IMG/VR virus record: IMGVR_UViG_3300047315_000487
Reading direction: 5' to 3' (one strand)
Origin: an uncultured virus (IMG/VR IMGVR_UViG_3300047315_000487)
Taxonomy: Duplodnaviria > Heunggongvirae > Uroviricota > Caudoviricetes
DNA length: 20,000 nucleotides
Below the pieces are notes generated by a model. The model saw nothing but the letters and a program-made list of their open reading frames with translations, was not told the DNA's origin and ran no database searches. A program made the translations under genes and the position numbers. Every line of letters starts with the position of its first letter. The stretch's first letter is position 1. Below are positions 15,057 to 20,000 of this stretch, in pieces.

Positions 15057-15803
15057 TCAGCGCACGATCCCGGCGGCCGTTGCGGCGCTCAGCCACCCCG
15101 CGTACTCGTGGGTCAGCCCGTCGTACAGGTCGGCGTCGCGGATACCGCGCGGGTTCGTACCTGCACCGAAGAACGAGGCGTTGTCGACGGTCCGGTCGCG
15201 CAGGTCGTCGAGCTTCTCCAGGAAGGAGACGCGCCCGCCGAAGCCGACGAACGCCCAGTGGATCGGCAGGTTGGAGGCCTCGCGGAGGAGTCGCTCGACC
15301 GCGCCTCGGTCGTCGGGTTCGCCGTCGGTCTGGAAGATGACGAACGCCGGGGCGGTGGCGCCGGAGGCCTGGTGCTCGTCGATGACGTTCCGCATCGCGG
15401 CGACGTAGTTGGTGGTGCCCCAGCGGACCGCGCTGTGGGTGCGGTCGATGACGCCCTGGTAGTTGTCGAGGCGCACGTCGAGCATGGCTTCGGCGGTGGA
15501 GTGGAAGTAGCCGACGGGCACCACGCCGTCGTCGTCGAGGTTCACGGACAGTCCGAGGGCCTGCTCGGCGAGGTGCTGGACGCTGCCGTCGCGGTAGTAC
15601 GGGCGCATGCTGCCGGAGTGGTCGAGGATCAGGTACACGGCGGCACGCCGCCCGGTGAGGCCCTTCTTCTCCAGCGAGATGGCGGCGGTCTTGGCGAGCG
15701 ACACGAGGCCGGGGGCGGCCTGGGCGACCTTCTCCAGGCTGATCGCGGGGCCGGTGCCGGTCGGGGCCGACGCGGTGGCGGTGGGGCGGCGGAACAGACT
15801 CAC
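15057..15803 (-). CDS. vWA domain protein, TerF-like
   Basis: MIDAS motif LILDHSGSM, GTTNY, FQTDGEP, WAFVGFG, FLEKLDDL..RTVDNASFF. GTG at 15803 with AGGAG RBS. Confidence 0.88.
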   Translation of the reverse strand: MSLFRRPTATASAPTGTGPAISLEKVAQAAPGLVSLAKTAAISLEKKGLTGRRAAVYLILDHSGSMRPYYRDGSVQHLAEQALGLSVNLDDDGVVPVGYFHSTAEAMLDVRLDNYQGVIDRTHSAVRWGTTNYVAAMRNVIDEHQASGATAPAFVIFQTDGEPDDRGAVERLLREASNLPIHWAFVGFGGRVSFLEKLDDLRDRTVDNASFFGAGTNPRGIRDADLYDGLTHEYAGWLSAATAAGIVR

Positions 15804-15874
15804 GGGGAACTCCTGTTTGATGTCAGTGGTGTCGCGCCCGGATTCCGCCCGGGCGCGGCGCTTCGGGTGGTGGA

Positions 15875-16492
15875 TCAGGCGGTGGCGGGTCGTGGTCCGC
15901 CGGAGACGGTGACCTTGCTGGCGCCGGCCGCGAACTGGTCGGCGAGGGTGCGCGGGTCCGTGTCGGGCTGGGCGAGAAAGTTGGCGAGGGCGATGTCGAC
16001 GGCCGTCTCGTCGTCCGGGTTGGCCGGGAAGGTCAGCCACTTGCCGAACGGGATCGGCTGGGTGTCGTCCGGGTTCTGGCCACGGAGGGCGCGGGGAGCG
16101 AACGGCGGAACGAGTGGCGCGGGGCCGACGGACAAGCGCGGCTGGGCGTGCTTCAGTGCCTTCTGCGTGTTCTTCAGCGACGCGACCAGGCGGCGGACGT
16201 CGGCTTCGGCGCGGACGACCTTCCCGGCCTGGAGCTTGGCCTCGCCCTCCAGTTCGCTCATCTTCTGGAGGCGGCCGACGGCGACGGCGATCGCGGCGTT
16301 GAGGTCGCGGTCCTTCTGCTCGATCTGGCCGTTGGCCTTGCGGAGTGCGCAGACGAGCTGGCCTTCGGTGCGGTCGCGCCGGGCGAGCTCGTTCTTGTGA
16401 CTCTGCTCCATGTAGGCGATGCGGCGCAGCAGGTCGGTGCGGGATTCCTTGCGGTGTCTGACGGCGGCGCGGGTGTCCTGGCTGACGCTCAT
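15875..16492 (-). CDS. Coiled-coil hypothetical phage protein
   Basis: ATG at 16492 in an ATGA overlap; heptad-rich N-terminal half. Confidence 0.75.
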   Translation of the reverse strand: MSVSQDTRAAVRHRKESRTDLLRRIAYMEQSHKNELARRDRTEGQLVCALRKANGQIEQKDRDLNAAIAVAVGRLQKMSELEGEAKLQAGKVVRAEADVRRLVASLKNTQKALKHAQPRLSVGPAPLVPPFAPRALRGQNPDDTQPIPFGKWLTFPANPDDETAVDIALANFLAQPDTDPRTLADQFAAGASKVTVSGGPRPATA

Positions 16493-16848
16493 GCCGCCAC
16501 CTCCCCGCGCAGGCTGGCCGCGGTCTCGCGCAGCAGTGCGATGGCCTGCTGGCCGCCGTTGCCCTTGAGGTCGCACCAGGCGACGACGCTCGCGGCGTCA
16601 ACACGGTCGTTGAGGGCCTGCTCGGCGGCCCGGGTGAGCGGGGTGCCGGGCCAGCGGGGTGTGCCGGTCGCGGCCAGGTTGAGGGCGCCGAGGATGTCGA
16701 CCCGGCAGGCGTGGATGGCCGTGCCGCCGTCGTGCTGCCGCGTGTCGTACAGGTACGTGCGGCACCAGCCGTTGGTGTGGATCGCGGCGGCGGCCTTGTC
16801 GAGGATGTCGGCGACGGCCTCGCGAGTCGGGGTGTCGGTGGTGGTCAC
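16489..16848 (-). CDS. Hypothetical phage protein (DUF6197-like)
   Basis: ILDKAAAAIHTNGWC...ILGAL...VVAWCD...AIALLRETA. GTGA overlap. Confidence 0.75.
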   Translation of the reverse strand: MTTTDTPTREAVADILDKAAAAIHTNGWCRTYLYDTRQHDGGTAIHACRVDILGALNLAATGTPRWPGTPLTRAAEQALNDRVDAASVVAWCDLKGNGGQQAIALLRETAASLRGEVAA

Positions 16849-17099
16849 AGGCTTCGGCCCCTGTTCGTCTGGTGCGGGATCTGCGAGACATGGCGGGCCA
16901 CGCGCGCCCCGCCGGCCTTCGGGCTGTCCTGAGCGGGGAGCGCGTTGTACGGCTCGGGCTCCGGCGGCGCCATCCCGGCGGGGCCGGTGGGCTTCGCGCC
17001 GGTGACGACGTTCAGCCACGGGAGCTGGCCGGACCAGACGGCGGCGGCCACCATGGCGACGGCGAACAGGGCGATCGCGGCGAGGAGGTAGGGGATCAC
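16845..17099 (-). CDS. Small membrane protein
   Basis: N-terminal hydrophobic helix YLLAAIALFAVAMVAAAVW; coupled on both sides. Confidence 0.72.
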   Translation of the reverse strand: MIPYLLAAIALFAVAMVAAAVWSGQLPWLNVVTGAKPTGPAGMAPPEPEPYNALPAQDSPKAGGARVARHVSQIPHQTNRGRSL

Positions 17100-18097
17100 G
17101 CGGCACCGCCTACCGGGAACTCGTCCCAGGTCCGGCCGTCCAGTTCGCGGCCAGCCGCTTTCTTGCCGACGCGCCGCAACTCCACGCGGTGCCCGTGCTC
17201 ATCGACCGGGCTGCCGACCAGGACACTGCCGGGCTCGGGCCTGTTGCGGATGACGACCGCACCGGACGGGGCCCACTCGCCGAACTGCTTGAACAGGAAC
17301 GGAACGTCGGCTTCCTGGCACTGATCACGCAACGACCGAGCCCAGTCCGGGTGCATCGGCCGGGCACCGTGGCCCGATTCGCCACCGACGATCAGCCACG
17401 AGATGGACGGTTCGTCGCGGCGGTACGGGTCTGCGCCCGTCCAGTGGCCAGCCAGAGTGATCGGGCCCAGCAGCGGCTCGCAGGACAGGAAGCGGACAGC
17501 GGCCGGGGTCTCCAGCAGAGCCGGGATGCGGGTGTCGGCCCACTTTTGATCCTCGACGGAGACGCCCAGCCAGACGTTGGGCAGCGGCCACGCCTTGAGG
17601 GTGCGGTCGCCGGGGTTCCAGGGCGGCATGGGGTGCTTGTCGTCCTGCATCCGCGCGGTCCAGGCGAGGACTGCGAGGTGGAACGACGGCTGATTGAGCA
17701 GGGACTTCATGCGGGCGTGCCGCTTGGTGAGCACCTGGTAGGTGTGGCGCGGGGTCAGTGCCATGACGGCGAAGACCTGCGCGATGTAGTCGCTCGGCAC
17801 GTCCTTGTGGAACAGGTCGGAGAGGGAGTTGACGAAGACCTTGACGGGCTTCTTCCAAGCCATCGGCTGGGTGAGGCGGTCGTCGAGCAGGTTGACCTTG
17901 CCGGACCAGTCGACGCCGTTGCCGTCGTTGATCGTGGTCCCGGCGAACGCGGTCGCGATCTTCGGGTTCGGGTTGAACTCCCGGATCCGGGCGGTCCCCA
18001 TCGCGTAGCACCGGTCGCATCCGGGCGAGACGCGGTCGCAGCCGATGATGGGCGACCATGTCTTGTCAGCCCATTCGATCTTTGTGGTCGTAGCCAC
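17096..18097 (-). CDS. Phage Gp37/Gp68 (DUF5131) family protein
   Basis: TKIEWADKTWSPIIGCDRVSPGCDRCYA, FVNSLSDLFH, QVLTKR, NVWLGVSVE, FLSCEPLLG, WLIVGGESG, FLFKQFG. Confidence 0.94.
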   Translation of the reverse strand: MATTTKIEWADKTWSPIIGCDRVSPGCDRCYAMGTARIREFNPNPKIATAFAGTTINDGNGVDWSGKVNLLDDRLTQPMAWKKPVKVFVNSLSDLFHKDVPSDYIAQVFAVMALTPRHTYQVLTKRHARMKSLLNQPSFHLAVLAWTARMQDDKHPMPPWNPGDRTLKAWPLPNVWLGVSVEDQKWADTRIPALLETPAAVRFLSCEPLLGPITLAGHWTGADPYRRDEPSISWLIVGGESGHGARPMHPDWARSLRDQCQEADVPFLFKQFGEWAPSGAVVIRNRPEPGSVLVGSPVDEHGHRVELRRVGKKAAGRELDGRTWDEFPVGGAA

Positions 18098-18100
18098 GGG

Positions 18101-18298
18101 TCAGCCCTCCTCGGGCGGGTTGGGGATGAGGCCGAGTGCGGTCATGAGCTGGAAGTCCTCCAGCGGCAGTTCGGGAAGCTCGCGTCCGCCGAGGCCGAGC
18201 GCGCGGATGAGCCCGGACCCCACGGCGTTACGCGTCTCAGGCGGCGCGTCCGGCAGGTGCTCCAGCGCGTCCACGGCCTGAGCAACATCGGTCGTCAC
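18101..18298 (-). CDS. Small hypothetical protein
   Basis: GTG at 18298 overlaps the upstream stop. Confidence 0.6.
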   Translation of the reverse strand: MTTDVAQAVDALEHLPDAPPETRNAVGSGLIRALGLGGRELPELPLEDFQLMTALGLIPNPPEEG

Positions 18299-18579
18299 GC
18301 CACCGCCCGCTTCCGGTAGGCGCGGGAGTCGTTCCGCCACCGCTGCCGATCGGCCGGAGCCCGCAGCACCGGCACGTCGAGGTTCGCGGCGGCACAGCCC
18401 TCCAAGAACCCGGCGGCCGACGCCAGATGGTCGCCGGAGATCAGCGACCGGAAGAACCCGTCCGTGTCGTCACCCTCGGATGCGGCCCGCAGACCGGCGT
18501 TGAAGCCGAGCATGTACAACTGCTGGCCCTCGGCCGGCAGGTGCGAGCAGTGCGTGAGCGCGCGGTCGTAGGTCTTCAT
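18295..18579 (-). CDS. Hypothetical phage protein
   Basis: ATGA overlap; 94 aa. Confidence 0.75.
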   Translation of the reverse strand: MKTYDRALTHCSHLPAEGQQLYMLGFNAGLRAASEGDDTDGFFRSLISGDHLASAAGFLEGCAAANLDVPVLRAPADRQRWRNDSRAYRKRAVA

Positions 18580-18815
18580 GCCGCCTCTTTCTGCGGGTGG
18601 TGGTAGTCGTGGATGGCGTCGCGGGAGGTGAGGTAGCCGCGGGTCACGTCCGGATCCCAGCGGGTCTCGTCGCGGCCGTAGACGCGGTGGAACTTGGCGT
18701 CCATGCGGGCCAGGTCGTCCTCCTCGACGTCCTCGGGCCGGGTCTCGTAGACCGGCGGGAGGCTGTCGTCAGCGGGGAGGGTGGCGGCCCAGTCGGCGAG
18801 CAGGCTCGGGGTCAT
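18576..18815 (-). CDS. Hypothetical phage protein
   Basis: ATGA overlap; 79 aa. Confidence 0.75.
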   Translation of the reverse strand: MTPSLLADWAATLPADDSLPPVYETRPEDVEEDDLARMDAKFHRVYGRDETRWDPDVTRGYLTSRDAIHDYHHPQKEAA

Positions 18816-19054
18816 GACCGCACCTGCTCCCGGGCTGCCGCGTTCTTGCTTTCGATCCAGTCGGCGAGGTCCAGGGCGCAGGCGGCGAGCTTCCGCAGGG
18901 TCTCCGGGGAGGCCTGCGTCGTCTGCACGTTCAGGTGCGGGCCGACCTGCAGCAGTGCGTGCTCGTCGCCGTCGGTCGACCAGTGGTGCACGCTGACCTC
19001 GTCGGGGTCGTCCCCCAGGAAGGCGCTCAGGCCGGACAGGAAGGTGTCAGCCAC
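18812..19054 (-). CDS. Hypothetical phage protein
   Basis: GTG at 19054 overlaps the upstream stop by 8 nt (alternative start 19063). Confidence 0.7.
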   Translation of the reverse strand: MADTFLSGLSAFLGDDPDEVSVHHWSTDGDEHALLQVGPHLNVQTTQASPETLRKLAACALDLADWIESKNAAAREQVRS

Positions 19055-19589
19055 GGGGCTCACTACCCTCAGCCACGCGGCGCAGCAGGGCGCCCATGGC
19101 GTGCACGGCGACGTGCTGCAGCTCGGACTCGTGGTCGAGGCAGCCGTGCCGGGCGTTCTCGGCGTCGTCGAGGCGGTGCTGCTCGGCCTCGATCAGGTCG
19201 GCGGCCTCGTTCAGTACGTCGGGGCGGGTGACCACCCCGAGCAGGTTGTTGGCGCGGACCGCACCCCGCTTGAGCTTCGACGCCATCGTGTCGATCGCAT
19301 CCGCCTGCAACGCGTCCTGCTTGCGGCCGGTAGAGCGGTACTCGCGGGCCTTTTTGCCCAGCCACGCGATGGTCTCGGCGTCGCGCTCGGCGATGACCTC
19401 CGCGCGGAAGGCGTCGAGCGTGGCGGAGTCCTTCTCCAGCTCGGCGATGCGGGCCTTGAGGCGCGCGATCTCCGGGCTGACGATGGCCATCGACAGGTGC
19501 GCGATGTCCAGCGCCTGCTGCGTGTTGAAGCAGGCGTCAGCGGCCTTGTCGCGGATCTGCTGCCGCAGCTTTTCCAAGTCGGCGTTCAT
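19047..19589 (-). CDS. Coiled-coil hypothetical phage protein
   Basis: 180 aa; IARLKARIAELE; ATGA overlap. Confidence 0.78.
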   Translation of the reverse strand: MNADLEKLRQQIRDKAADACFNTQQALDIAHLSMAIVSPEIARLKARIAELEKDSATLDAFRAEVIAERDAETIAWLGKKAREYRSTGRKQDALQADAIDTMASKLKRGAVRANNLLGVVTRPDVLNEAADLIEAEQHRLDDAENARHGCLDHESELQHVAVHAMGALLRRVAEGSEPRG

Positions 19590-19897
19590 GCGGTCACCTC
19601 GACCGTCTCGCCAGTGGCGGCCTTGAGGCGGTCGATCTCCGCGAGGGCCTGGGCGAGTTCGTCGGCGGTGGTCCGCTGGGTCTCCGCCGCGTCGGCGATC
19701 CCGTCCCGCCAGCGCTGCACAACGGCGAGTACGCGGTCGGCGACGGCGAGCTGCGTCTCCACGGGCATGCCCTGGTGGAACATCATCTGCATCTCGCTGC
19801 AGTTGGCCCTGTCGCTCGGGCGGAGCGAGAGGGATGCGATGGGGAACGGGCCGGACTGGGCGGTGCCGGTCTCGTCCCAGAAGTCGTATGCGCGCAT
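19586..19897 (-). CDS. Hypothetical phage protein
   Basis: ATG at 19897 in a TGATG overlap; GAGG RBS. Confidence 0.72.
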   Translation of the reverse strand: MRAYDFWDETGTAQSGPFPIASLSLRPSDRANCSEMQMMFHQGMPVETQLAVADRVLAVVQRWRDGIADAAETQRTTADELAQALAEIDRLKAATGETVEVTA

Positions 19898-20000
19898 CAC
19901 AGGGTCACCTCGGGTGCGTTGTCGTTGGGCGGGCAGGCGGGGCAGCCGGGCACCCAACCGGGGTAGTCGGCGGCGGTGTGGCAGCACTCGGGGTGCGCGA
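19897..20000 (-). CDS. 3' end of an upstream Cys-containing protein (...HPECCH...GCPACPPNDNAPEVTL*)
   Basis: Open frame from the window edge to TGA at 19899-19897; GC3-rich. Confidence 0.6.
   Translation of the reverse strand, partial: AHPECCHTAADYPGWVPGCPACPPNDNAPEVTL

Larger units (their letters stand above)
1..20000 (-). mobile_element. Temperate actinophage/prophage early gene region (ends not in window)
   Basis: Dense co-oriented small ORFs with 4-bp start/stop overlaps. Phage-type gene set: RecE/RecT, rep + DnaB, DNA MTase, WhiB, DUF5131, HNH. No housekeeping genes. Confidence 0.93.

Noticed and set aside
14763..16400. Long plus-strand ORF (545 aa) and similar ones such as 17189-18319, 4885-5802 and minus-strand 6725-8326
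   Set aside because: Shadow frames of well-supported opposite-strand genes in high-GC DNA, with no recognisable motifs.

Overview
High-GC, Streptomyces-like temperate phage/prophage early region covering replication, recombination and regulation. About 30 genes lie on the minus strand, mostly coupled by ATGA/GTGA overlaps. They include a DUF5131 protein, a vWA-TerF-like protein, a RecE-like exonuclease with a RecT-like annealase, an N4/N6 DNA methyltransferase, a degenerate HNH protein, WhiB, an HTH replication initiator with internal iterons, a DnaB helicase carrying an Ala-start class 3 LAGLIDADG intein, and HTH/LuxR-type regulators. Two plus-strand inserts interrupt the operon. The first is an HTH gene plus a GIY-YIG/Phd-like fusion. 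The second, and the most striking, is a four-zinc-finger Vsr/DUF559 endonuclease sitting between two equal-length (204 nt) versions of the methyltransferase 3' end, the pattern expected of a free-standing homing endonuclease that replaces its target's C-terminus. Non-coding signals include three tandem hairpins with C-rich anti-Shine-Dalgarno loops (6C-RNA-like), two hairpins with GGAAU loops, an operator-like inverted repeat and a G-quadruplex motif. No integrase, structural genes or att sites are visible. All family assignments come from motifs recognised by eye, not from database searches.
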